Positions 28,917 through 42,423 of a stretch of 64,000 nucleotides of DNA are shown here, one piece after another. The stretch comes from Paecilomyces variotii. Lineage: Eukaryota. Location of the stretch: the NCBI GenBank assembly GCA_004022145.1, contig RCNU01000027.1. One strand, given 5' to 3'. The notes under the pieces are model-generated. The model saw nothing but the letters and a program-made list of their open reading frames with translations. It searched no databases and had not been told where the DNA came from. A program made the translations under genes and the position numbers. Position 1 is the stretch's first letter, and the number at the start of each line of letters is the position of its first letter.

Positions 28917-30040
28917 AAAGATTAATAATATTTCTCTATTTAAAATAGTAGCTTTAATAAAATAGCGATAATTTTTTTTAGCTAATTCTTTTAAATTAAA
29001 AAATAATTAGTTTACTATAGTAAAGACTAATCTATAATAATATATTAAATATCTCTTTATAGCTTATTTAGCTTAGGCCTAATTATAAATAACTATAATA
29101 AAAATAGATATATTAAGATTTTATTAATAATATTATTAATCTACTATTTTATTTATAGAGTAATTAAAACTTAAAGTTATATATTATTAAAGCTTATAAA
29201 TATAGCAGTAAGTAAGGTAATTAAACAGATAAGCTTATTAAATATTATAAAAGGATTATATAAGATTAACCTTATTATACGCTAACTTGCAGCTATATTA
29301 AACTCTATAAATATTTACTTATAAGCAGTTTATATATAGTTAAGGAACTATTCCTTTAATATAGCTTAAGTACTAAATATAGCGTATTAATAAATACGCA
29401 AATAATATATTTTAGAGAAAGGACTAAATATACTGCTATTAAAAGGCTAGAGAAGATAAGTAATATAAGGTAAAAAATATAGAGTAATAATTTTATACTT
29501 ATAGTAATACTCTATAAAGAGTAATTATATATAGTTTTTATACCTATTTATTATAAGCATGCGCTATTTTCTGTTTATAGGCCTTATATAGTAATTAAAG
29601 ACTTTATATAGCTAATAGAGATTAATCTTATTATTTATCTATTTATTCTTAATAACCTTAATATTAATATAAGAATTCTAGAATTGCTTAAACTATATAT
29701 ATTATAATCGCTTACCTATAAAGATAATAAAGCTAAGCTAGATATTAAAATATATTTAATATAAAATAACTAATTATAGTTTTAGCTATATAATAGTTAA
29801 ATAGTAAGAATAATAAATAATAACTTTTTAGCTATTTATAGTATCTAAATAGAACCTCTTTTTATTTATATTATAGATATTAGATTTAAAGATTCTATAC
29901 TTTTCGTAAGTCTTCTTATATAGCTTAAACTAATATTTAATTATCTAGATTCTCTAGATTTTCTATATCCTTATAATCTTAATCTAAGGTATAGTTAAAT
30001 TTTATTTTAAGCTCTAGATAATAAAGGAGGAATTACTTAT
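28917..30040 (-). pseudogene. pogo/Fot1-type DDE_1 transposase relic
   Basis: De-RIPed minus-strand motifs: DIYNMDEKG (~29855-29880), FIIFAGKRL (~29705-29732), LIMDGHKNH (~29530-29557), PPHTTHLLQP.D..F.P (~29420-29475), ASWRATGLIPYNP (~29253-29293). Confidence 0.8.
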
Positions 30041-30099
30041 ATTAATTAACTCTTAAGGAGTTACCTCTTTTAATAGTAATAAGGTATTATATAGTAGTC

Positions 30100-32700
30100 T
30101 ATAACTAAATAATTAATAAAGGCTATTTTTATAAAGGAGATTAATCTATTTTAAAAGCGCCTTCTTTTTAATAGATAAAAGAATTTATTATTTAGTATAA
30201 GCTTTTATTAGAGAAGCCTTATTATTATAGTAGTCTATTAGAATTAATTTAAGAATATTAAATTTATATACTAATTTTTAAAAAGAATAAGTTAAATCTT
30301 TATATGTTTTTTTAAAGCTCTTTAAATATAATTCTCCTGCGTTAAAGTATTACTTTAATTAGATACTATAGCTACTTATTAGAGGGAAACTAATAATATT
30401 AATAATTTACTAGAAAGAAGTAAAATATATTAAAGATAAAGTAAAGTAATAATAATAATAAAGTAGAGTAGTAGTTAATAGAGGCGATTAACTAAGCTAT
30501 TAGTCTATTCGAGCTAATAGTCTAAAACTCTAAAATAATTAAAGAAAGAGATAGTAATAGTAATAATAATAGTAATATCTCTCTTATAGAGATAATCTCC
30601 TTTAAAAAAAATTAGAATAAAAAGAGTAAGTAAAAATAAGATAATATTTAAGATAAGCTTATAAATTAAACTATACTATTTAGAGAGCTATAGCCTTTAA
30701 AAGGGCTATAATCTTTAAAGCTATAGCTAGAAATTACTGCTTTATTATATATTTTACTAATTATATTTTTTATATAAAGGGTATATTAATATAATATTAT
30801 ATATAATAATTTAAAGAAGTTATTCTCTATTACTAAAATAATCTTAAATAAAAAATAACTCTAAGGAATAAGAGTTTTAAAAATATATATAATTAAAAGA
30901 ATAAGAAGAGTAGAGAAAATAATTAAAATAGATAAACTCCTACTAGATTAAAAGAATTTAAAGTCTTAAGTAATTATCTAAAATTAAAAAAAGGTTTCTA
31001 TCTAATTATTATATATAATTAAACTATATTATAAGAACTATTCTATAAAAGATTATCCTTTAATAAACTCTCTTACTCGCAAGGTAATAATATTTTAAAT
31101 CTTACTTAAGATAAAATAAATAAGCCTCTTTTTATTTCTTACTCTCTATTCTTTATTCTCTACTAATAATACTTATAAGGGGATTAAAAATAAAAGACTT
31201 CTAATAATTATAAAGATACTAATAATAAGTTTAATAATATTCTAAATAGTAATATATATTAAAAATATCTCTATATAAATTCTCTATTTATAGAAAATAT
31301 CTATATTTAAGTACTAAATTTAATAACTAAGAATAACTTAAGAGTAATTAGAGAAATTTAAGATTTCTAATTATCTTAAAAAAGTCTAAATATACCTTTT
31401 TACCTTTAATATAAGGTGCTTATTTATCTTTCCTTAAAAGGGCCTTTATACCTAATAATAAATAAATATAAATAAAATACCTTTATTTTATAAAGGCAGC
31501 TTACTAATAATAAGTACTTAATCTAATTATTTTAAGCAGAGTTATTAATTATTAAAACTATTATTAAAGCCTATTAGCGTAATTATAATACCTAGATATA
31601 ATAAGAATATAAGTATAAGCCTAAATAAATAAATATTAGCAAGCTTAATTTATATATAAGAGAGAGCTAACTCTATTTATATATTTTAAATATATTCTAG
31701 AAATCTAGTTTTACTCTCTTAATACTATAATTAAATTTTCTCTATAGTATTAATTTCTCCTATACTAATATTTTTAAGGAAAAATAAGGCCTATTTATTC
31801 TATAGCCTGCGATAATAGATTAATTATTAAAAAATAAATATTTATTATAAGATTTTATTAAAATATTACTATTAGCTAATATTAAAATCTAAATATTTAT
31901 AAATACTATAAAGGAATTATTCTATAATTTTAATTATACTATACTAGATATTTATTATTATTGGCTAAAGTACTTAAAATACTACTTATTATTATTTCTT
32001 ATCTTAATAATAGCTTCTTACTATTAATATTAAGAAAAGAAAAAAATTTACTAGGTTATTAATTGGCTAAATCTTATAAATAGCCTTAAGTCTAGCTATA
32101 ATTACTTACTGTATTAATAAATATATTATATTAATAATACTTAATAAATATAAATAAATACTATATAATAATATATTGCGTAAATAATATCCTATAACTA
32201 GATCTTATTAAATATTTTACTATATAAAACTAATAATAGTAATAGTATTAATAAAAGATAATAATAAAAAAATAATAATCTTAACTTATTATAATAACTA
32301 TATTTCTAGCTTAATTTCTTAATTATTAATAATAGCTTACTATTAAATAAGACTATATCTATAATATATATCTTATAGCTTAATTAAGCTAGCTAAGATA
32401 AAATAGCTATAATCTTAAAAAATAAATTACTAGAGAATAATATTTACTATTAGCTAATATATTTAATAAAACTATCCTATTTAACTATTAGGAAATAAAG
32501 CTACTATCTGTTAAAAAGGCTATATATTAAGTCTATAGTTATAAAAATAGATAGTATCAGGAGTAATAAGTCTTATTTATTCTAAAAAAGCTACTTTAAA
32601 AGCTACTACTAATTAAGGATAATAGACTTACTATAGAGATATATTATAATAGGTTAAATATTAAGCTTAAGAATATTATTAAGAATATAGAGTAATAAGT
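30100..32700 (+). pseudogene. Possible Mutator (MULE)-like transposase relic
   Basis: Weak de-RIPed motifs in plausible order: FSTD.T.K (~31156), a CxxH-like segment (~31480) and LEHYH..LK..YL (~31857-31900). No TIRs were identified. Confidence 0.35.
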
Positions 32701-32755
32701 TTATTATAAAAAGATTTATATTCCGTGCTATATACATACTATATAGTAGGCTAAA

Positions 32756-33079
32756 ATAGTATCTCCAGTAACGCCCGTTACGACAGGTATAATTACACTA
32801 GAGTTACGCTTTAATAAATTAAAAGCATATCTATTCTCAACCGATCTCGAGTTTAAAAAGGGCCTCGCGGTTATTCTCGGTTATCCCGAGACATCTACTA
32901 CGGATGAGGAGATTAATTATAAAGATAACCTAGTGCTATAGGCTAAATGCTTTTACTTCTCGAGATAAGTCTACTTTCTACTCTAGCCTAGTCTTATAGA
33001 GATCTTCTTATGTAAAGGCTATAATCGGGTATAAACGGCGAGGGACTAGATGCTTACTAATATATTACTTTTTCGGCAG
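32756..33079 (+). pseudogene. 5' fragment (exon 1 plus first intron) of a conserved fungal PEX39/DUF5572-family-like host gene
   Basis: Reads (M)xSPVTPVTT...RFNKLKAYLFSTDLEFKKGLAVILGYPETSTTDEEINYKDNLVL*AKCFYFS(R), matching the YPF..DPEF..GL..ILG.P...LQAKCFYFSR N-terminal signature. Donor ataagt (from GTAAGT) at 32965, branch tactaat at ~33055, acceptor cag at 33077-33079. The family call is from recall. Confidence 0.7.
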
Positions 33080-36000
33080 AATTATTAATATAGTATTAAT
33101 AATACTACTCTTTACTAGTATATATAAATATATTACTAATTAACTTTAAAACTAAGTAATAATATCTAATTATAAGAATCTCTTAATCTAGAATATATAC
33201 TTAGAATTCTAATACTTATAGATTAAGTAGTATACTAGTAATAGCTAATATTAATTAGAGAAGAGCTTAATCTTTAATAAGTAATTTTATATTAATCTAA
33301 ATCTAGCTAAATAATAAAGTTAATTAGCTAATAATATTATTTTAAAAGTAAGATATTAATTAGTTTACTAGCTATTGCAAGTATTTTAAGATATTTTTAG
33401 AATATTACTAACTAGCTATAGATACCTCTTAATTTAATAGGATTTTAGCAGTTTTTTACTCTTTAAAATAGTCTAGTATAATAGTATTATTACGCTAATA
33501 AAATATAATATTGCCTTATTTATACTTACCTTTAAAATTTAAGCAATAAGAATATTATAAGTAATAGAGATTATAAATTATATAGAAACTCTTATATTAT
33601 ACTTAGTATAAATCCTCTATAGCTTTAATCTACTATTTCTCTATATTTAATACTAAAGTAGGCTCCTAGATAAATATAGATAAGAGTATTCTAAGTATTA
33701 AATATATATATAATAAAGGAAATAGAAGAGTAAAGCCTTAATATATTTTGCTAAAATAATAATACCTCTAATAAAGCTTAATTCTAGCACTTTATTAGAG
33801 TTTATCTTAACGCATAGAGATAGAACACTTATTTTATAGATTAATACTAGAGCTAAATTAAACTAAGATACTCTTAAGATAATAATTACTATACTTAAAT
33901 TAATACTAGTCTATTTAATACTTATTTAAAGCCTTAATCTATAAAAATTTATATAATATTAAATAGCTTAGCAGTTAATAATAAAAAAGCCCCTAATATA
34001 TTAAAGCAGTTCCCCTTATCTTAGCCTATTTAATAAAGATAGACGCTTACTATTAGTATCTCTTCTTTTCTATAATAAATATCTTAGGGAAGTATATAAG
34101 GTCTTATAATAATATTGCGCCGGTATATTAATTATATAGACTTATCTTAGAGCTAACGAAAATACTTAATTAAGGAACTATTTAGGGGCTAAGCTGAACT
34201 AATCTATCTAGCTATTACTCTATTAATTAAGCTAGCTACTAGCGCGGGCGACTACTATTAGAGCCCCTAGGAGCACTAAAATACTCTCTTTAATTATACT
34301 AGTAAATAGGTTTAATTCCTTAATTAGGTAATTTATTTAATCCCTTTAAATATTTAGTTTCCTTAACTTTATAAGCTTCTAAAACCTATTAAATTTTATC
34401 TAATTTAGCAGCTTTATTAAGCCGTTTACTAGATTTATTTTACTATTAATTTTCTATAGTTTAATTATATTATTAGCTACTATAGTTTAAATAAAAAAAT
34501 AGTAATTATCTAGCTATTTAGTAATTAGTTTATAACCCTTATTTTTAACTAAAATTACAGTATTCGCTGCGTTAGTTTAAATAGGTATAAGGATCTCTAG
34601 ATCTTATTTAAGACCTAGGATATAGGCTAGCTTTCTTATAAATATAGCTTCTTTTACTATAAAATCTAATATATAAAATTTAGTAATTATTATTAATAGA
34701 GCTATTATTTATTGTTTTTTACTAGATTAGCTAATAAATGCGCTTTTATATAAGATTATAAATACTTTAATTAAAGTCCTATTAAGGTTATCTTAATAAT
34801 TAATATTTATATAAACTTTAATACCTTTATTAAGATTTACTCCTAATTTAATATTATAGTTAAAAGCTTAGTAAATATATTATAGTAGATATTTTACTGC
34901 TTTAATATTTTTATTATTTAAATTATTTACCTTTTATTATAAGTAGTTTATAGCTTAAGCTAAATCTAGCTATATTTTAATTACTAACTAGCTTAACTTT
35001 TTAATAAGGATTTAATATTTAATTTTAATATTCTTATTAGCTAATCCTTCTAAAGTCTTTAATCTATATATAAATATTATAAAGATTTAAATTCTTATTA
35101 GCTTATTATTATAAAAGCTAAAATTAGTTAAAATAGCTAATATATAGCTAGCTTAGTTTATAGTAATTATTTCTTATATTTAATCTTTATTAAGCTTATA
35201 ATCTAAGAAGTTAAAGAGTTTATTAAGAATCTTTATATTAAAGTAATTGCTTAAAGTTATAATAAAAATATTAATATCTTTCTTTATAAATACTGCTATA
35301 AGCATATTATTAATATAAATAATAATATACTATTCTCTATTTAATATAAGAATATAAAGATCTTCTTCTAATAATATAAAGCCTATTTTATAAAGTTTAT
35401 CTATAAGTATTATATTCTATAGGTTAGTAGACTTCTATAGTTTATATAGGGTATAGTAAAATAAATAGATTTAATATTTCTTTATAATAAATCTTATTAG
35501 CTATTATATATAGATTTACTTATACTATATATAGTAATAAGGGTTAAGAATAGTTTAATAGCTATCTTACTTATTACTAGGCTATAATATTATTTATATC
35601 TAATAATCTATTAAAAATTACTATAAATTATTTATTTAACTCTATATTCCTTTAAGAAGCTATTGCTATTAGTCTTAATATTATATATTTATTTCCCTAA
35701 GAAGACTTTAATATCCTTATTATCTAAATAGGGGATTAGTAATTAAGTTTGCTTAACTTTAAGCTTCTATATTTAAGTCTCTATAACTTATTACTAATTA
35801 CTAGCCTATAAAAATTTAATTACTTATTTATAAATGCAAGGGATTTTAATTTTATAAGCTTATATAGATTATAAAGTTAAAGCTAAGATATTATATTATT
35901 TACCCCTTTTAGTCTTTATAACCTTTTTTGCTTAAATTATTTAAATATTATAAGCTTACTTATCTCTTAGCTAAGGCACTAGCTTCTTATATAAGACATA

Positions 36001-37137
36001 TTATCTTTTTTATTAGTTTTTTTATAAATTGCAAGCTAGTTAGATTAATATTATTAGTATCTTTATACTTTATAGGACTAGTATTATAAAATTCTTCTTA
36101 TAATAAATCTAGAGATATTAAGATATCTTTAGATAATACTTAGTTAACTAGTTTATTTATCTAGGTGTTTAGGTTGCTTATAGTAAGTTAGATAATATTT
36201 ATATTTTTTTATCTAACAGTTGCTGTTTAACCTATTATTTAATCTAGAGTATAGGCAATAGAGTTCTAATATATTATTAGATAGTATCTTTAACTATTTA
36301 ATAGATTAGGTCTACTATTTATAGTTAATTCTTAATATATTATCTTAAATTAAGTATTTCTATTCTATTAGTAATTAGCGCTAGACTCTTTAATATAAGA
36401 TTTTTTATAATTATAAGAGTTAACAGATTATTAAAATCTTTAAAAAATATAATATCTCTAGAGTATTTAATCTTACTTATTTTTAAGATTTAAACCTTAT
36501 AGATATAGCTATTATCTCTTTTATATCTAATTAAATATTTAATTCGGGCGTAAAATACTATTTTAAATGCCTATTTCCTGTCTTCTTTAGATATATAGAG
36601 ATATACTTAATAGCCCTAAACTTATAGGTATTTTAAGAAGAGGTTTTTATTTAATATATTAAAATATCTCCTCTATTTTATAATAAAAGGTTTAATCTTA
36701 TTTTTTTATAATAGTCTGTTTATAATATAGTAGTCTTAGTTATAAATAGCTAGAGGTTCTTTAAAAATCTTAAAGCTATTATTATTATATAAATTAATAA
36801 ATTAAAATATTTTCTATAATATTTTAAAATGCTATTATTCTTTAAGGTTTATAAAAATATTAATTTAATATTTAGTCCTTTAGCCTTAGCCTAAGATTTA
36901 AAGTTTAGAAATTTTCTATTGCTATTTATTCTCTAATATTATAGATAGTAGCCTATTAGTAATATATTCTTAATCTCTTTAATAAAGGAGATTATATATT
37001 TTAAAGCTTTATTTTTTTTAATTTTAATATATAAATAAATTATATTCTTATAGCACTGTTTATAATAATATAATTTATATATTTTTAAACTCCTAGTAGC
37101 TTTATAGGCTAAATATTTATATAAAAAAATTCTGCTA

Positions 37138-39042
37138 ATCGGCCCTAAAATCAGGACAGCGCGCAGCGCGGTCCCGCTATCTTAACGCGAATACTTAGCT
37201 TAATATAAATCTGTATAAAATCTATTACTTTTTAAAGCTTTTAAACCTATTAAATCTAACTAATTGCCTAATTAAATATAGTATTATATAGAATAAGATC
37301 CTCTTTAATTAGTCTATATCTTTAAAGCTATCTTCTGCGGCTTAATTACCTGCCTAAACTTAATTATTACTTATTTTTATTTAGACTTTAACTTTTATAA
37401 TATCTCTTTATTACTATTTTTAAAGGTTTATAATTAAATATAATCTATATTATATTTTATTATAATATCTCTATATTATAAAACTCTTTTAAATACTTTA
37501 GAATAGATTTAATAGGCTAGTTATATTCTAGCTAAGGCCTTAAACTTCTTTTATATTTAGTTTATAATATAGGACTAAGTAATATTATTTTTTAGTAGTT
37601 TTTAAAGCCTATTAATAAAGTAATCTAAATTAAATTTAAGCTAAAGTAGATATTATTTAAATTATTTAAATTATTTTATAGTCTTTAATATAGTATTTAA
37701 GATAAATAATCTATTAATAGATTAAGGGGTAATAGGTCTATTATCTATTTTTTAAAGCTTATTTAATATAATATCTAGATTATATAGATAAAGGCTAGTT
37801 TTTATAAATATGCTTTTAATAATAAAGGATTTAAAAGTCTTTAATTATATAGATCTAAGTATTTAAAGAAACTTATATTTAGTTATTTACTAAACTTAAA
37901 ATTATCTATCTTTATATTAAGATTAATAGCTTTATTATAATAATACTTAAATACTTAAAAAATATTAATATCTAATAATTAGATTAAATAACTGGTATAA
38001 GGTATTAATATAAAAAGGAGGATCTTCTTCTTTTTATAATAGTTAAGGACTTTATATATTAAATAAGAGCTATATCTATTATATAAAAAGAGGTAATAAA
38101 TCCTTTATTAATAATAAGCTAACTAATAATTAAAGTATTATATCTATTAATAGGCTAAATAGTTATTTATATATTTAGAATTAGATACTCTAATTATAGC
38201 ATTAATATTTAAGAGCTTAAACTATCTTGCCTAGATATACTTACTAACTAGAATAATAGAGGGGGAAAATATTAATTTATTAGCGCTTATTATTTTAATT
38301 ATAGTAACTCTTTAAGAATTAGTATAATTATTTATATATAGCTTTTTTTATTGTTTTAAGATAATAACTTAATAATTCTTTCTTTCTTTTATTTAAAAGC
38401 TTATTTTATCTATATTATAGAGATCTATAGGTTATATAACTAGACTAACTAGTATTTATTTATAGTAATAATATTAATCCTATATATTATTTAAGTAATA
38501 AGCCTTTTTCTTATCTATATTAAGAGCTTATTGCCTTTATATATATATCTTAAAATATTATTTAAAAAATTATTTAAGCTAATATTTACCAATCTTTAGC
38601 AGAGATATTAAGGAATCTTAATAAGCTTAAGCTAAGATTAAATTTGCGCAACTAGCTACTATTCTTTATATTAAAGATAATCTAATTATATTTAGGCGTT
38701 TAATATACTTATAGATAGTAAGCTCTTAAACTAGAAAGAATAATTAATTAATTAAAAGTCTATTAGACTATAAAACGCGATTATAATAATATAGAAGATA
38801 TAGATAAGATATATTAAACTAATACGCAGCTTATATAATATTAAGTTTTAACTAGTTAGATAATATAGTAAGGGTATATTAGATCCTATTTTTAATATCG
38901 TTATAGGATTTAGATATTATAGTAAATTAAGAATAATATAGAAGGTTAAAATTTAATAAATCTGGATAATTTTATATTAAGCTAGGTATTCGCGTTAAGA
39001 TAGCGAGACCGCGCTGCGCGCGGTCCTAATTTTAAGGCCGAT
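37138..39042 (-). mobile_element. pogo/Fot1-like Tc1/mariner-superfamily element, copy 1
   Basis: TIRs ATCGGCCCTAAAATCAGGACAGCGCGCAGCGCGGTCCCGCTATCTTAACGCGAATAC; TA TSD. HTH-type N-terminus (NIAQAARQFNVPY..., ELAICKYI.RLD) on the minus strand. Near-identical to 50632-52511. Confidence 0.9.
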
Positions 39043-40324
39043 TAGTTATAATATGTAGGGTTAGAAGTCTCTAAATATTAGTTGCTTTATTATTACTATA
39101 TAATATACTTTATAATAGAAGTTTATATTTTTAATAAATTAAATAGCTATAGGATTTAATTTAGCAATAGCTTTAAGCTTTATAATACTAGTATTCTATT
39201 CTCTTATATAGAAGCTCTAATAATATTATTAATATAATAATCTATCTGCAGAGCTTAAGTTATAAAATATCTTTATTCTTATATATATATCTAATAACCT
39301 AATTAGTATTTATATCTACTAGTCTATTATTCTTAGGAATTATACTATATTCTATATAGCGTTTTATTTCAGATTATAAAAAATAGATAATATTTCTACT
39401 TTAATATATATAGGGCATAGATAACGATATTATTTATATAATTACTATTAAGCTCTAGATCTAGTCTAATAATATCTTTATTTTTACTTTTACCTGAGAT
39501 ATTATTAGTATAGTTATATTTATATTATTACTTTTTTTACTAATAAAGTCTCTATATTTAATAAATTAAGACTTATTATTATATATATTTCTATATGCCT
39601 CTAAGTCTATTATTTAGCTAATAAATAAGATAAGTATTATTAAAAATACTATACTTATAAAATTATTAAAATCCTTTTTTTTCCTTATCTTATTTTTATA
39701 GATTAAAGTTAATTTTCTTTTAGTTTAATAAAGTCTAGATACTCCTTAATAGGCACTATTAATTAGGGACTTTTTCCTTAAGGCAATAGTAATCTATAGA
39801 GTTATATTTAAATATATAGTAATATCTGCATTTGCCTTTAGAGTATAGTTTCTTATTATATATTTTATAAGTAAAGTTTAAAGAGTCTTTACCTAGCGGT
39901 AGACTCTTTAATAATTTATTTAATTACCTAGTCTCTTAAGCAAAAGTCTTATTTAGAGATATAACTAGAATAGCTTAAGCACTCTTATAAGATTTAGCTT
40001 AATTAATAGCTTAGCTTTAAAGCTAAATCGCTGGAATTCCTCTATTATTATATTTATTAGGGGTTTAGTTTAATAAGCCTACTTAATATAATAAAGATTA
40101 ATCTAAGCTAATATTTTAGATTTAAGCTATTTAAATATTAGTATTACTGCACTAAAGGGCGAGAGAGTTAAGCCTATATTCGATTTTATTATGCGATCTC
40201 TAAATTTATAATATATTATTTAATTATTTTATATTAGGATCTAGTTATAGTAATAGCTTACTAGAATATAAAGAGTTTACTTAAAGCTAAGCTATAGTTA
40301 ATAATCTTTTTAATTGCTTTAATA

Positions 40325-40745
40325 ACGTATTTCCCTGCCGACTGGACTACCCGACCGACCAGACTACTGCCGTATTACATATAAAATGCCTATTCTCTAG
40401 ACCTGAATATTTCAACAACTACGTTTCTAAAGACTATGAGAGAAGATATATATAAAATATATATTATTTCAAATATATATGCTTAATTTTATCTGTTTAA
40501 ATTCTATAATTCTTTAGGTATTTTCTAAATAATATAATTACCAAAAATTACAGTACTTAATTATATTACCTAGAGAAGAAATAATTTTTGAAATCTGAAG
40601 TTTAAGTATATATAAATATACTGTCCTAAAAAGCTATATATTAAATATTATATATATTAGATTTGTAGTTGTTGAGATATTTAGGTCTAGAGAATGGGTA
40701 TTTTATATATAATACGGCAGTAGTCCAGTCGGCAGGGAAATACGT
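40325..40745. mobile_element. MITE with Fot1-type ACGT TIRs (421 bp)
   Basis: Ends ACGTATTTCCCTGCCGACTGGACTAC...GTAGTCCAGTCGGCAGGGAAATACGT; inverted repeats run ~90 bp; TA TSD. The empty site is visible in the sister copia at ~3190. Confidence 0.92.
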
Positions 40746-40967
40746 TATACTTATCCGCGTAAATTAGCTTATTAAGTATAATTCTAATAGTTTTAATTAG
40801 CTTATAGTCTATTTAACTACTAATTTAGCTCTTTACTATTAAGCTAAGCTTTCTTTATATCTTATAGATTTTAGCTCTGTTATAAAATATAGATCTCTTA
40901 ATAAATATATTAATTAAATCTTTATAATCTATAATTTTAAGGACTTCTTTAACTAGCTAAAGTTAAT

Positions 40968-41855
40968 TGTGTTAGATCCAGCTAGGACTAGACCTCTGAG
41001 GAGTTCTCCTTTTTGGTCGAGTCGTCTAGACTTCCGATATAGTAGCATATCGGTTCTACCCCTAGAACCTCGATAAAAAAGGCTTAGGTTCGATTCCCGC
41101 GTAATATAAATAAAAAAATCTTAAAAGAAATTCCACTAATAATAACCTAACAGCACCTATAAATAGATAGAAATTAGGAGATAAGCCCGGATCTATAGGT
41201 AGAAGACCGAAAGAAATAGATAATTATTCCGACTACTATATAATCTAAGGCACAGAGATTGTTAGTTATTGGCCTCTGCTTATTAAGCCAGGACATGCTT
41301 TTAAGGATTACAGAAGTCCCATTAAGATATTCAGACTACAGAGATTTCTACAAAATCCCCTTATCTGAGGGGGGGTATATTAGATCCAGCTAGGACTAGA
41401 CCTCTGAGGAGTTCTCCTTTTTAGTTGAGTCGTCTAGACTTCTGATATAGTAGTATATCAGTTCTACCCCTAGAACCTTAATAAAAAAGGCTTAGGTTCA
41501 ATTCCCGCGCAATACGAATAAAAAAATCTTAAAAAAAATTCTACTAATAATAACCCAACGGCACCTATAAATAAATAGAAATTAGGAGATAAGCCCAGAT
41601 CTACAGGTAGAAGACTGAAAGAAGTAGATAATTATTCCGACTACTATATAATTTAAGGCATAGGGATTGCTAGTTATTAGCCCCTACTTATTAAGCCAGG
41701 ATATACTTTTAGGGATTACAGAAGTCCTATTAAGATGTTTAGACTACAGAGATTTTTACAAAATCCCCTTGTCTGAGGGGGGGTGTATTAGATCCAGCTA
41801 GGACCAGACCTCTAAGGAGTTCTCCTTTTTAGTCGAGTCGTCTAGACTTCCGATA
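40968..41855 (+). mobile_element. Tandem TRIM (LTR-int-LTR-int-LTR), non-autonomous miniature LTR retrotransposon
   Basis: 72-bp LTRs at 40968-41039, 41376-41447 and 41784-41855 (TG..., ending cgata from CGACA). PBS-like tagtagca (TGGTAGCA) follows the LTR; PPT TGAGGGGGGG precedes the next LTR. Period 408 bp; TSD TTAAT; empty site in the sister copia at ~3410. Confidence 0.92.
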
Positions 41856-42423
41856 TTAATTATTAAAATTATTATTATCGATTAATTATTTAGCTATTAT
41901 AGGTATTTTATCTTATATAGTCTTTAGTAGCTTTAATTCTTAATAAGTTATAACTACGAGAGCTATTAGAGGAGTTAATATTATTAATAGTATTATTATC
42001 TTAGAAAATCGGTCTAATTAGGGGTAAAAGTCTATTAGTTTAACTCCTTATTATAGGTATTATTTAGTTAAAGCTTTTAATTAAATTAAAGCTCTAAGAT
42101 ATCTAACTCGTCTATTTAAAATAGTAATAAGGCTAAGCTAAGCTTATAATCTCTTAAAGCTAATAAAGATGCTTAATTAAGAAATTATTTAAGGGCTGAG
42201 CTGAACTAATCTATTTAGCTACTACTCTGCTAACTAAGCTAACTGCTAGCGCGGGCGACTATTACTAGAGCCCCTAGGGGTATTAAAAACTTATTAATAC
42301 TAGATAGCCTAAGATAAGCCTAAATTAAGTAGCTTATTTTCTAATTTATCTTATATATTAATAATATAATTATCTAGATAATATTTTATAGCATTTCTTT
42401 AATACTAAAGATAGTCTCTTATT

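Larger units (their letters stand above)
34145..42288 (-). mobile_element. Full-length Ty1/copia element with 137-bp LTRs and 5-bp TSD, carrying three nested inserts
   Basis: LTRs 34145-34281 and 42152-42288. TSD ACTTA at 34140-34144 and 42289-42293. Reverse-complement PPT at ~34284-34293 and PBS at 42142-42151. RNase H NPADGLTKPL (~34407-34437) and RT IVYVDDML (~35301-35323) on the minus strand. Confidence 0.92.

Noticed and set aside
29207-29292. Apparent + strand intron (gtaagt...gctaacttgcag)
   Set aside because: The region is better explained by minus-strand DDE_1 transposase motifs.
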